This document shows positions 24,052-44,900 of a stretch of 64,000 bases of DNA, one piece after another. The translations under genes were made by a program, and so were the position numbers. Within the stretch, counting starts at the first letter, position 1. Every line of letters begins with the position of its first letter. Origin of the DNA: Macrostomum lignano (Eukaryota); assembly GCA_002269645.1 (NCBI GenBank), contig NIVC01000912.1, positions 92,623 to 156,622 of the forward strand. The letters are read 5' to 3'. Below the pieces are notes generated by a model. That model was not told where the DNA came from. It saw nothing but the letters and a program-made list of their open reading frames with translations, and made no database searches.

Positions 24052-24124
24052 TGGAGTACCAGGGCATCGATCCCTGTACCTCTCGCATGCTAAGCGAGCG
24101 CTCTACCATTTGAGCTAGTACCCC
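24052..24124 (-). tRNA. tRNA-Ala: tRNA-Ala (anticodon AGC)
   Basis: GGGGTACTAGCTCAAATGGTAGAGCGCTCGCTTAGCATGCGAGAGGTACAGGGATCGATGCCCTGGTACTCCA folds as a cloverleaf. It has the G3:U70 alanine identity pair, an A54-type T loop, and an oligo-T Pol III terminator just downstream (A-run at about 24041-24047 on plus). Confidence 0.95.
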
Positions 24125-24521
24125 TGACTAGTGGGGCAGAACAAAGACCCGTTATGAAATCAGTCGGCGAAATATATTACGTAATTTTAAATAGGTCTTT
24201 TGCGTTCAACGCATTTTCATTTAATACTCGACGACAAAGAAAAAATAATACTAGTTATTGTTTTTTTTCGAATTCGACGACTTTATCATCACTAAAACTA
24301 CTATCTTTACTCCTGCTTTTCAATACTTTAGACGAAAGACACCCATCAGAAAATGCGGTCTTCAACTATCTTCATGGAACGAGTCCGAGTTGCCGTGTCG
24401 ACGCGCGAACCGCCTCCGTCTGCGTCTGGCCTCTCGGGCATTTGGCGGGCCTGAGGGAATTAATTTCAATTTGCAATACATTTTACTAGTAGTAGGGTTG
24501 CACTGTTGGTACAGTATTATT

Positions 24522-33631
<9,110 letters not shown>

Positions 33632-35131
33632 AGCACTGCTAGCGGTGCTTCCTGCTCCCGTTGGCTGCCGGCGGGTGTCCGGTGTCTGACGCGCACGCGG
33701 CTCCCTCGTGACGACTCTAAGGGTGGAGAGATGACTGATCGAGAAGACCAGCTCAGGACACCCCCGCTGCGTGTCGCATTACTGGGCGAATCCCATTTGG
33801 CTCCAACTTTACATTGTAAGTAATCATGAAACATCATCTGCAGTCTGCAATAGACAAATACGAGCTAGGAATGATTGTTCATAAAGGCACTGCTATATCA
33901 ATTATATGATTATCTGAATTCATTATATACTATTTTCGCTTGGTTAACTCCGTGCTTGTCAAACAAAATCACGTCTTCAAACGAAGCGTCTCAAAGTTAA
34001 GGTGCAAATTAATGACTCCGGCAATATGCTCATTGTTAAGTTTCAAATCTTAATTTAATGAATTTACTTCACCGGCCATTTGAGCCACATTCAGCCCCTG
34101 TATTGGGACATAAGTATTAAAATTATTTGGTTACTTTAATTACAATAGATTAATTGGAATAAAAAACAGCGAGGCGCAGAGCTCAAGCGGGTGTACTTCT
34201 TAAGACACTAAATTAGGGAGAAGGGGTTGAGTGCAGATAAGAAAAGGGAGGGGTGGAGTGCGCTGCTGTACTGAGGAAAGAGGCGAGATTGGACAGCCAA
34301 TCAGAAGGCCGCGAGGGAAGAGATAAGAATAAACAAGACTAAACTGGACAGAGGGAGAGAAAACAGAATAAACAGAGACGAGGGCGAGTGAACTGAAGAA
34401 ATGATTAAAGTTACGACAGTCCCATTCACGAACTAATCAAGGACTACTAAAGTAGAACTGTAGAAGGACTGGAAACCTCGTTTCTTAGAAAAATTTTAGG
34501 AAGCAGGTTTTTCCAAAAAATACATTACGGAGATAAGATTTTTCTTTTTTCAGCACAAAATTTGATATTGCTTTTGATAGGAAGCAGACCCAATGTTTAT
34601 CTTTTGATATGTTGTGCTCTATCGATATTCATTTAAAGCTTTTCATTCAGAAAATTAGGATTCGATGTTATATCAGAAGATGTTCTATGTTTTTATCAGA
34701 AGACACTCTCCAATTCTTATTGACGTTAATTTCTGATTAACCAAGATGACTTAAAGATTAGGGCGAATGCTTACAGTATATTGTTTATATTTATAATGTA
34801 AATCTGAATATACTAAATAATTTACTATCAGTAACAATGAGATTATGAGAATACCTTAGGGTGGCTATTGAGCTGAGCTGGCTATTGATGCAGCATGAAA
34901 AAATCCTGGAGTAAATGCTGTAGAAGGTACTTTCATTGTAACATACTAAATACTATAGCAGGTGGAACACGCGGTAATGGCATACAGGTAAAAATATACA
35001 GTAGGCTAGCAGTACAAATACTAAAAGCTCATTCAGATTACTAGATCAGTGAAACTGGAGTACAATAGATAGTACATACTGCACTTCACACGGGATAATG
35101 GTCAGTTTAGTCAGTAAAAGTCTTTGTCAAA

Positions 35132-35923
35132 TCACTTGGCTTCATTGGCTTCACTTGGCTTGTCAATCTCCATGGGTACATCCTTGAGCTGCGGCTTCTC
35201 CTTGGCCGGCGGAGCCTCGAACGGCGCCTCGATGCAGAGCCGGCCGTCCTGGCTGAGCTTGCTGGCCACCTGGTCCAGCTTGGTGCCGGCGGGCAGCTGG
35301 AACACTCTCTCCAGCCGCTTGTGGATCCGCTGCCCGTTCGACTCGTCCTTGTGCTCAGCCTCGACTCGCACGCAGTCGCCCTGCTGCTTGATGCGGATCT
35401 CGTCCGGCTTGAACTCACGCACCGACAGCTCCGCCTTGAACCGCTTGCTGCCGTCGCTGGCCTCCACCACCTGGCCGGACTGCAGGTCGCCTCGCAGCAG
35501 GCCGCGCAGCTCGTCCCACACCGAGTCCTGCTGCTGCTGTTTCAGCTGCTGCTCCTTGAGCGGCGCCTTCAGCACTAGCATGCCGTCCTGGGTGAAGCCG
35601 CTGCTCAGCTTCTCAGCGTCCACCTCCTCCGGCAGCTCCACCGTCCGTTTCACCTCCGTGGTATCCTCGCCATTCTCGATCCGAGCCACCACGCGCACCT
35701 TCCGGTCCTCCCGCTTCACCGACACGTCCTTCGGAGAGAAGCCGCGAAGGTCCACAGTCCGGCTCCACTGCCGAGGTCGCCTTGGACCCCGGTGGCGCAG
35801 CAGCTGCACCAGCGGGTCGTACTCGGGCGTCAGCCAGTCGTCCAGCTCGTTCAAGGCTGCCGCAAGAGGCAGGGCGTGCGAGAACGGCGTGTACACGTTG
35901 CTTGGCGCGATCCAGAGAGACAT
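35132..35923 (-). CDS. Small heat-shock protein with two alpha-crystallin domains (p40/Tsp36-like), intronless, 263 aa
   Basis: The true ATG is at 35923 (MSLWIAP). ACD1 WSRTVDLRGFSPKDVSVK..KRTVELPEEVD..SGFTQDGMLVLKAP; ACD2 FKAELSVREFKPDEIRIK..EAEHK..RVFQLP..SKLSQDGRLCIEAP. Confidence 0.93.
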   Translation of the reverse strand: MSLWIAPSNVYTPFSHALPLAAALNELDDWLTPEYDPLVQLLRHRGPRRPRQWSRTVDLRGFSPKDVSVKREDRKVRVVARIENGEDTTEVKRTVELPEEVDAEKLSSGFTQDGMLVLKAPLKEQQLKQQQQDSVWDELRGLLRGDLQSGQVVEASDGSKRFKAELSVREFKPDEIRIKQQGDCVRVEAEHKDESNGQRIHKRLERVFQLPAGTKLDQVASKLSQDGRLCIEAPFEAPPAKEKPQLKDVPMEIDKPSEANEAK

Positions 35924-36030
35924 TCTGGCGAATTCGATTGGTGAAGTTTCCGAGTGCTTTGCTTGCTTTGCTTGCAATTTGCTTGTTTGCTTGACTTGCA
36001 ACTTGACTCTGCGAGAATCAGCCTGTCGCG

Positions 36031-36102
36031 CTTATATAGACTGCGCGGAGGAAGTTTCTAGAAGCCTTGTGTCACTGGATTGGTTCTGGAAATTTCTAGA
36101 AA
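36031..36102 (-). promoter_or_regulatory. sHSP promoter: TATA box and two heat-shock elements
   Basis: TATATAA on minus at 36032-36038. Perfect nGAAnnTTCnnGAAn at 36051-36064. Four-unit TTCnnGAAnnTTCnnGAA at 36084-36101. CCAAT on minus near 36078. Confidence 0.88.
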
Positions 36103-36244
36103 TGCAGAAGTCTTTTTATAAAATAAGATAAAATTATTGTATTTCTACTTACAGTAGACGAAAACCGCGCGTTAATAATCTTCACTAAAATTCATTTTAA
36201 TGTAAACATTTTATATTTGCCAGCAGACTTCAAGCATTCATTGG

Positions 36245-36650
36245 GTGAGAGTGATTCTCGTAGAGAGAGTGATTCTTCGGGAGAGAGTGATTCTCGTAAG
36301 GGTGAGAGTGATTCTCGTAGAGTGAGAGTGATTTTTGTAGGGTGAGAATGATCCTTGTAGGGTTAGGATGATTCTCGTAGGGTTAGGGTGATTCTCGTAG
36401 GGTGAGAGTGATCCTCGTAGTGCTTATCGTATGGTGAGTGCGATTCTCGTAGGGTGAGGCTGATTCTTGTAGGGTTAGGGCGATTCCTAGGGTGTGAGAG
36501 AGTCATTCGTAGTGTGAGAGTGATTGAGAATGAGAGTGACAGAGGAATTATTCAGATTCTTAGGGTGACAGAGTGGTTCTTTGGGTGAGAGGTTATTCTT
36601 TGGGTGAGAGAGTGATTCTTAGTTTAAGAGAGTGCGATTCTTAGTTGCGA
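36245..36650. repeat. Degenerate about 20-bp repeat (GGGTGAGAGTGATTCTCGTA)
   Basis: Diverged tandem copies between the PAF-AH last found exon and the sHSP promoter. Confidence 0.75.
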
Positions 36651-36664
36651 GTGTTTGAAGCTCA

Positions 36665-38568
36665 CTATGCCACATTGTACCTGATGCTCAGGTTGGCCTT
36701 CATCTCCTCGCTCTCGATGGCATCCAGCACCGCCTGCACCCGCTGGGCGTTGGCCTCCCAGTGAAAAATTTCGTTGCTAAGAAACAGCACGGGGATCTTC
36801 ACGTTGTTGTAGTGCTCGGGGTCAACCGGGTGCATCCAGATGTCCAGCAGGCTGCAAGTTCTGTGGTTAGATGGCAGCGAGCGGTTATAGTCGCAGCGGC
36901 TACCACTCCCCACCCACCCCACTCCTCACCCACCCCACTCTTCACCCACCCCACTCTTCACCGACCCACTCCTCACCCACCCCACTCCTCACCGACCCCA
37001 CTCCTCACCCACCCCACTCCTCACCCACCCCACTCCTCACCGACCCCACTCCTCACCCACCCCACTCCTCCTCACCCACCCCACTCCTCAACCACCCCAC
37101 TCCTCCTCACCCACCCCACTCCTCACCCACCCCACTCCTCCTCACCCACCCCACTCCTCACCCACCCCACTCCTCACCCACCCCACTCCTCACCCACCCC
37201 ACTCCTCACCCACCCCACTCCTCACCCACCCCACTCCTCCTCACCCACCCCACTCCTCACCCACCCCACTCCTCACCCACCCCAATTTTCACCCACCCCA
37301 CTGCTTACCCACCCCACTCCTCACCCACCCCATTTTTCCCAATATTTATAATATTCTTATTTGTACACTGCCTCAGGCGTTGTGACAAGCGTCGTTAATG
37401 CGATGGCGGCGCCGAACGAGTGGCCCATCAGATGAACCCGATTCGGGTCGATTAGGCCCTGTGCAGTGATAAAAGAAAGAAAAGTATAAAAACTGGAAAG
37501 TTTTTTTTCAGACCAAAAGCCTCCAGTCTGGGAGATGAAGAGCGCCCGTGTCGGAGAGTGAAAGCCGCAATAATGACTATTGATGTGGACAGACGCCAAA
37601 ACTCAACTCGTAGCAACTAAAATGACGTCGAAGGTGCTTGAATTGGCACACCAAGCACCTGAACTGGCACACCTAACACCTGAACTAGCACACCTAGCAC
37701 CTGAACTGGCACACTAAGCACCTGAACTGGCACACCAAGCACCTGAACTGGCACACCTAGCACCTGAACTGGCACATCTAGCACCTGAACTGGCACACCT
37801 AGCACCTGAACTGGCACACCTAGCACCTGAACTGGCACACCAAGCACCTGAACTGGCACACCTAGCACCTGAACTGGCACACCAAGCACCTGAACTGGCA
37901 CCTCGCGAAGCTGAGCACCCAGAAGCGCCCCCAGCAGGACTCACCCGGAAGCTGGCCAGCAGGCTGTCGGGGCAGCCGCCCAGCTCCTCGGGCAAGCGAT
38001 TGGCCACCGGCGGCTGCCCCCTGCCCAGCGCCAAGACGGCCTCCGTCAGCTGAAGGCACTCGCCGGCCCGCCGCCGAGCCTGCGCGTGCCGCCGAGGAAA
38101 GTCGTTCAACTGGCCCGCCTCCATAGGCAGCCAGCGGCGTTGCCCATCGACAACGTCGAAGGACATCGATGCGGAGCCGTCGCGGTGTTCAACGGCAGCC
38201 ACTAGGAAGCCGCGCGAGGCCAGCTTCAGGCACAGCGACGAATAGATGTGACGCTGGGCGCCCAGGCCGTGCGAGAAGATGATGACGGGGAGAGGCTGCG
38301 CAGGCCGCAGCGGCTCGGCCTGCAAAGCGCAGTTCAGGCGCAGCCGGCCGAAGCCCCAGCAGAGGAAGGCGGACAGCCAGGAGCCCCAGTTGGAGAAAGC
38401 CAGCAGGCCGCGCACGTACTCCGGCTCCGTGTAGGGGTGCCCGGCGTCTGGCGCGGCTAGCGCGGGGTAGAATAGGCGCGCCAACACACCGCCGCCATTG
38501 TCGGAGGCGGGCCCGGTCAGCAGGTCGAGCGCTCCGACCGGGTGCGGGCCGCAGGGCTCGAACACGAA
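36665..38568 (-). CDS. PAF-acetylhydrolase / PLA2G7-PAFAH2-like alpha/beta hydrolase (partial)
   Basis: Exons 38568-37945 (GPHPVG..RLFYP..PVIIFSHGLGAQRHIYS..LASRGFLVAAVEHRDGSAS), 37458-37367 (GHSFG nucleophile), 36860-36681 (LLDIWMHP, catalytic Asp). The start exon and the His-bearing exon were not found; read-through gives a stop at 36665. Confidence 0.85.
36900..37335. repeat. about 17-bp C-rich minisatellite (CACTCCTCACCCACCC) in PAF-AH intron
   Basis: Tandem array. Confidence 0.9.
37640..37905. repeat. 21-bp minisatellite (GCACCTGAACTGGCACACCTA)n in PAF-AH intron
   Basis: About 12 tandem copies. Confidence 0.9.
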
Positions 38569-39266
38569 CTGGAATGATTGGCATTGATTCCAGTTGAGGG
38601 TGAAGAACTCTTGCGAAGGGAGTTTTAAAAGCTTGGAATTACACTTCCAATAACACTTTTAAATCAATAACATTTCAATAGACATGTCTAGCAGCTTTCA
38701 GAAGAATATTCAAGCAATGATTTTTGAAAAAAATGATCCTGTAAGTTATTTCGCCTTTCATGGATTTTTATAGAGCTATACAAGTATGGAACATGCCTAA
38801 CCTGCTTACTCTGAAAGTTTGCCTTGATTAATCTGTGCCGAGCCCGTGAAAATGCATGCACATGTACACGAAAAGTGCAGTAAAGTTACGCGAAGCGAGA
38901 GTTAGGAGAGTATAGTTGTGTGGATATTGCGACAGCAAACCTCGGCAGGAATTGTGCAGGGTGAGGGAGAAATGCCAGAAAGAGAGCGAAGCGCACAAGG
39001 GTTTTTATGCACTCAATAAAAAATCTGCCTGAAAACCTTGATCCCTAAGGTAGGAAGCATTAGGCGGCAAGGAAATTTCTCCCTAAAAACTCACAACGGA
39101 AGTATGGGTGGGGAATTTGAACTCAGGAAATCGATAACCGCCATTTGTTACCTCGCCGCCGTGGTCCCACTTTGCAGACTTAAGCCCCAACCTTGCCAAG
39201 CGTTGGGGCAGTAAAATTCCTTAATCTGAGCAGACCGAGTTTCTCCTGCAGCGCGCAGTCAAGGCA

Positions 39267-39488
39267 ATGAGCTGCAGTGTTGGCTCTCAAGAAGCTCGGC
39301 GAGTCGAGCAGCGGGATGAACACCCCGGAGCAGATGACACAGCGTCCAACGAGGCAAGGCGGAATCCCATGGAAGACGAGCCGTCAACTCGCTGGCTGCG
39401 ACTGCGGCGGCTGCAGGTGCTGCTGCTCGAGCTGGAGCGGCGCGCCAGGGCAGCTCGGACGCTGCCCAGAGCAACGCAGGGTTGCTAG
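39267..39488 (+). CDS. Small uncharacterised ORF or isolated terminal exon (73 aa)
   Basis: GC-rich island with GC3-biased codons (CTG CTG CTC GAG CTG GAG CGG CGC), preceded by a possible acceptor ctcctgcag. No family recognised. Confidence 0.3.
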   Translation: MSCSVGSQEARRVEQRDEHPGADDTASNEARRNPMEDEPSTRWLRLRRLQVLLLELERRARAARTLPRATQGC

Positions 39489-39709
39489 GGTGGCTCAAGA
39501 ATGAGTTCGAGTGACCAGCCTGCCTGGCATTATTTTCTGCCAAAGTTTGCACTCCTCTCGTGTAAAGATAGTGGACAGTTAAATATGGGTTTCACACTGA
39601 CTTCAATTTGATCTTGGATTTCTATTTCTTTTATCTTAAAGTAGAGTAATGAGAAAAATAGCACTTGTGAATATTTTAACCGCTTTTCTAACTTATTACA
39701 AGTACTGTA

Positions 39710-40591
39710 CAGTGTTGGGCACCGTTAATGAAAATCTTAACTTCCGTTAATAGCAAAAGCGTTAGCGTTAAAACAAAAAAATCTTAACTTTTTTACTCCT
39801 AATTTCGTTAAGTTAACTGAAAATTAACTGATAATCGTTAATAAGCGTTAATCCGTTAAAGTTAACACAGAAAATACGGAAATCTTGCACTTTTTTTCCA
39901 AAACAGACTTCATATTGCACGTCTTTGCTATTCCATCTTTTTAGCGAAACACAGAGGTCATCTAAGCGATTTGAAAGCTAAAAAAGTAATAAATAATCAT
40001 TTTAAAAACTTGCATGCATAATACTACTAAAAGTAAAGCATATGGTAATAAAAGTAACTTATTTTATTTGAAACTTAAAAGCTAATAGCGAGAAATTCAT
40101 AATTAAATACGCATAGGAAGGTTGTTTCAGTACCATTAGCAGGCGCAGCAGAAAGTTGCGAAAGATTGGGACAGAAGTGAATCAAAGCGATCGATGCTCA
40201 CGCGCAAGAAATAAAGTTTCACACTATTTTAATTCATTATTTTAAAGTTTATTTGTAAGAAGTTGTTAATTACATGTACGTCTGTATGATCATCGTCATA
40301 AATAAAGAGATTATATTTAGGCATATAGGTAAGCTCAAATACGTTCGTAATGTTTAAACTTCTTGTAAGACTTCTATTTTTCGTTCCTTCTTTGCGTCTT
40401 TGGTCATTGACATAGACCCTACCGTTAACGATGAATTTATCGTTAATTCACAAAATTTTTAACGCAAATTCGTTAATCCGTTAGTTCAAAAAAATCTTAA
40501 CGACAGTCCGTTAACGTTAATGAAAAATCTTAACGCTTATTAACGCTTATTAACGGATTAACGCTTATTAACGGACTGGTGCCCAACACTG
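39710..40591. mobile_element. hAT-like non-autonomous DNA transposon (MITE), 882 bp
   Basis: Perfect 14-bp TIR CAGTGTTGGGCACC / GGTGCCCAACACTG. Dense subterminal (C)GTTAA repeats at both ends. AT-rich non-coding interior. TSD imperfect. Confidence 0.8.
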
Positions 40592-41986
40592 CAAGTACAA
40601 TAGCACAAAGTGTAATCCAAATATTTATGGTATGGTGCAGTACAAAAATTTAGGTCAAACTCTTTTTAGCACCCATTCTTCGAGTCTTGGCTAGAAGCAC
40701 AAAAAATAAAAAAATGACATTCCACAAATCGATATTGCTATCTTAGCTGCTTTTATTGCGTATAATCCAAAAACGTTAAATATAATTTCATATTCTCCCC
40801 ATACTTTATTAATTCAATTAAGATGAATAAATGCTCTGTCGTTTATTTAATTATCCTAAACTTTTTAGTTTAGAAGTCTGAGTTGTATCATTAAAAAGTA
40901 AATAAAATATTTTATATAGCCACGAAGTCCCTACACCCAATCGACTCAAGATTGTTTGACATCTTGGCGACACTGGCACTGGAGAAATAATCTAGGGCCT
41001 CAAAAACGCACCCGATAAAAATCCTAGCTACGTCCCAGCAAAATTCCTTGCTGTTGCTGGCAATACTGAGTAGGCCTATTAACTATCAAGCTACGTGCAT
41101 TGACAATTTGAACTCAACTTTGCTGAACTGGGCTTTCATATCACGCCTTTGTGGCGCTTTCTGTCAAACAAATTTATCTCTTAATAATCAAATTTTGACA
41201 ATTTGCATCCACTCTAAAATGACGCCATTATAATAGAAAAGGAAAAACTTTCAAAGAAAATGTAGAATTTTTTTCCCAATCGAGAGACCTAATTAATATT
41301 AATATTCGTTGGTTATGCAGCAACTTATTGCAGATGACAGCATGGAATGATCAAACCATTTTCTTCGACAATTCATCTGATCCATTTCACCTACTGTACT
41401 GTACGTATTGGATCATATACATAATAAAGTTTTTTTTTATAAATGCCTTATGACTCTATTTGGTAATCTGTATTTTTGTATTTATTTTACATATATATAT
41501 ATATATCATTCCAAGCAACCATTTTGTTCATTTTTAAATATTATTAAAGTAATACTATCATTTAGCATAAAGTTTATGCGTTCAAAATATTGTTCTCAAG
41601 AAGTCAATTTTTTAGCCATCGCTGTAAAACTAAACCGCATAGCTTACTGAAAAAATTAATAAGAATAGTCTACAATTAAACAGTTGTGCCGAATAATTTC
41701 ACTTTTACTAGTTTATTTTACATGAACAATACCGGACTTACTTTAACGATTTTACATCGATTAAACTAAGCGCTTTAGTCAGCTGATTCTAATTTAATAA
41801 GAGTTTAGCTAAACTAATGAAAGGTGTTTTCATGACTTTATTATACCTACGAGTATAAGCAATGCTTTCAAATAAAATAATAGTTTATATTTGCTTGATG
41901 TGGATAATTTAACATTGCAACTTTCCAAAATTTTTAACGGTACTTTGATAATGTAGAAGAGCAGCAGAGCTGAGCAACACATTAAA

Positions 41987-44900
41987 ATGAAGAAGCTTTT
42001 TGGAAAGGGAAAGTCGGGAAAAGACTCTAATGCATCTAGTTCTGCAAAAGGTGGGGGTGGCTATAATGATATAAAAGAAAAGTCTCTTCCCAAGATACAT
42101 AAAGCGGCATGGATTGGTGATCACAAAAAGATTGCTACATTTCAGCAGGATGTCAATACTCCGGATTCCGAGCAACGGTAATGCACTTTTGAGTATTTTT
42201 GTTGATTTAAGTGGTCGTTTTCTCGCTTGAGCAGGTTTCCGTTTCATTTGACATCATTTTATTTATCACCATCTGAAATGACTAAAATACAATAAAAAAG
42301 ATTCTTTGTCTAAGCTTACTTATGTATTTTGAAAGAGTGGTGAAAAGTTACTTAAATTATTTGGAAAGTAAGCTTGGAAAGTATTTATTACTCGATTTAA
42401 TCTATTTTATTTAATTGACAGAAAACAATTGTTCAAACTTCTCAAAGAATAACTTACAGGATTGATAAATGTAGCCTATAATTAATTATAAGGAATAAAA
42501 CAGCTTTCAATAGTTTTTGTTTTCCTTCTATTAAAGTTAATAGTACAATTAATTTTAGTGAATAGCTATAGATGATCAGCTCCCTTTGTAATTGAAAATA
42601 AATTTCAGTCTCTTCACTGCTCTTAGACACAAAAAATGCATTTTTCCACTTTAGAAAATAAACTGCAATATATGGAATATCTCGTAATACTTCTGTGCTG
42701 ATTAATACTCGTAAAACTGTTACTATAAGTTTATAATTTTATACCAGAATGGCGCTGCATCTAGCAAGCTTTCGCGGCCACGAAAAAGTGGTGGACACCC
42801 TCATAACCTTTGGTGCCCGCACGGACGCACTGGACAGCGAAGGACGAAGCCCGCTCTACCGGGCTGTGCAGATGAACCGCGCCCAGTGCGCCCGCCCACT
42901 GCTCAAAGCCGGTTCGAAACGCGAAGATGAAGGCCTGGTAATTGCCGTCAACAATGGCAGCACGGAGATGGTGGCACTTCTGCTGGACAGCTGGCATCCG
43001 CACCGGCTCAATGCCATCGCGGTAAGCGTTAAAGCTGTCTACGAGCAATAGCCAAGCATGGCGTTCGTCTCATTGTGTGACACTCATGGCCCCTCTCTGT
43101 GGCGCCCCTCCCTCAAAAATTTAGATACTTCTGAACACCCTAGAAGAAGAAAAGAAGTCCTGGAACCGCCACTGCATAGGCTAAAGAGAATGTGTGGAAA
43201 TACGGTATATTCTACATCTTTCTCGATTATGATCACAGATACTATAAAATCTATAGATTGGCCACTCGGGCATATATACTTAGCAAAATAGCTCTCTACT
43301 TTCAGTTCAGTAGCTATGAAGAATACATAAGCTATTTTATATAAATAAAGGCAGCTGAGATGACTTTATACGCTCTTAAGTTTAGAAGTCAAGCTTGCAA
43401 ACTTAAACAGCTTGCTAATTTGCTCAGCTATAATGTACATTAGCAATTAAGATGTACAAAGCGGGTTTAGGCTGGAACAACCGAGGAAGGTAATAAAAGT
43501 TGGGTGGCGGGCAGGGGTAGAGGTTCTGTGTGGAGTTTGAGTGTTTAAGCTTGGGGGTAAGAGCCAATAAATAAGCCTGGTCTTTAAAAGTACATTGAAA
43601 TGCTTCAGTTTAACTTGCTACTGAACTGAAAGTAGCTTGCAAGCAAATGTGCTGAGTGGCCCATCTAGTTAGTTCTAGTATTTCTGTGATGCTGATTGGC
43701 TGGAGAGACAATTCTCACATTGGGTTTTTATATTTCTACCCTATCTTGGTGCTGATTGGCTGGAAAGATATGCGCCCATATAAAGCTTCAAACTTCTACC
43801 TCTCTCTCGATGCCCATTGGCTGGAAGAATTAAGCGGACAAGCTAGAAGCTTCTCATTGGCTGGAATATATTTACCGAAGCCCCGTCGCTTTATAGGGTA
43901 AGTCGCTTCTTCACCTGGCCGTTACCAACGGCAACGCCGAAGTGCTGTCGCTGCTGTTGCAACGGGCCAGTGGACCGGATGAGCTTGACGCCGAAGGTCG
44001 GACACCGCTGATGCTAGCCTGCCGCGAAGGCCACGCCGACCTGGCCGCTCTGCTGCTGAAGGCTGGCGCCGACCCTGCGGCAAGAGACTCAGCGGGTGAG
44101 TGCTGGCTGGGGTGGGGGGGGGGCTCTGATCCCCAAAATGCACTGACCCCACAATGCACTGACCCAGGTTAACACAGGATGACTACATGTATTTCTGCAT
44201 TTCTGAATCCTCCCTGCATTTTCTACGACTCACCGACAACATGATGAGGGAGTCTGAATTCCCCGATTGGTTTAATGCATTAATTATTTATTGCTTTCCA
44301 AGCCCTTTTCACTCAAAACTTTAAAGAGCTTTAAGCACCCTAGTCCGAGAAGGGATCAGAAATCAGACTCACTGGACTAATTTGAGAAGCCTTCCTTGAG
44401 CAGCTGGCAGTGACTCATTGCTTCAGCCTACGAGTAAATAATACTAAATAATTTACAATATCTGAGTTGGGCGAGGTCTCTGATGATTTCAATTTCTCCC
44501 CGATGCGAAAGATACCCCCCATTTAACAATGAGTCCATTTTACATCGATTACTTCACCAGTGTGTCCAACTAGAACACTTAGCTGTCCGAGTAGAATATG
44601 GGTCTGTCCGAGTATAATATGGGGCTGTCCGAGTAGAATATGGGTCTGCCCGAGTAGAACACACTGTCCGAGTAGACTATGGGTATGTCCGAGTAGAACA
44701 CTCTGGTGTCCGAGTAGACTATGAGTCTGTCCGGGTAGAACACTAGTGTCCGAGTAGAATATGGATCTGTCCGAGTAGAACACTTTGATGTCCGAGTAGA
44801 ACACTTAGCTGTCCGAGTAGACTATGGGTCTGTCCTAGTAGAATATGGGTCTGTCCGAGTAGAATATGGGGCTGTCCGAATAGAACACTTAGCTGTCCGA

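Noticed and set aside
35124-36131. 335-aa plus-strand ORF
   Set aside because: Antisense shadow of the sHSP CDS.
37714-37944. ASSGARC repeats as the PAF-AH C-terminus
   Set aside because: Read-through past a strong GTGAGT donor at 37944 into an intronic 21-bp array.
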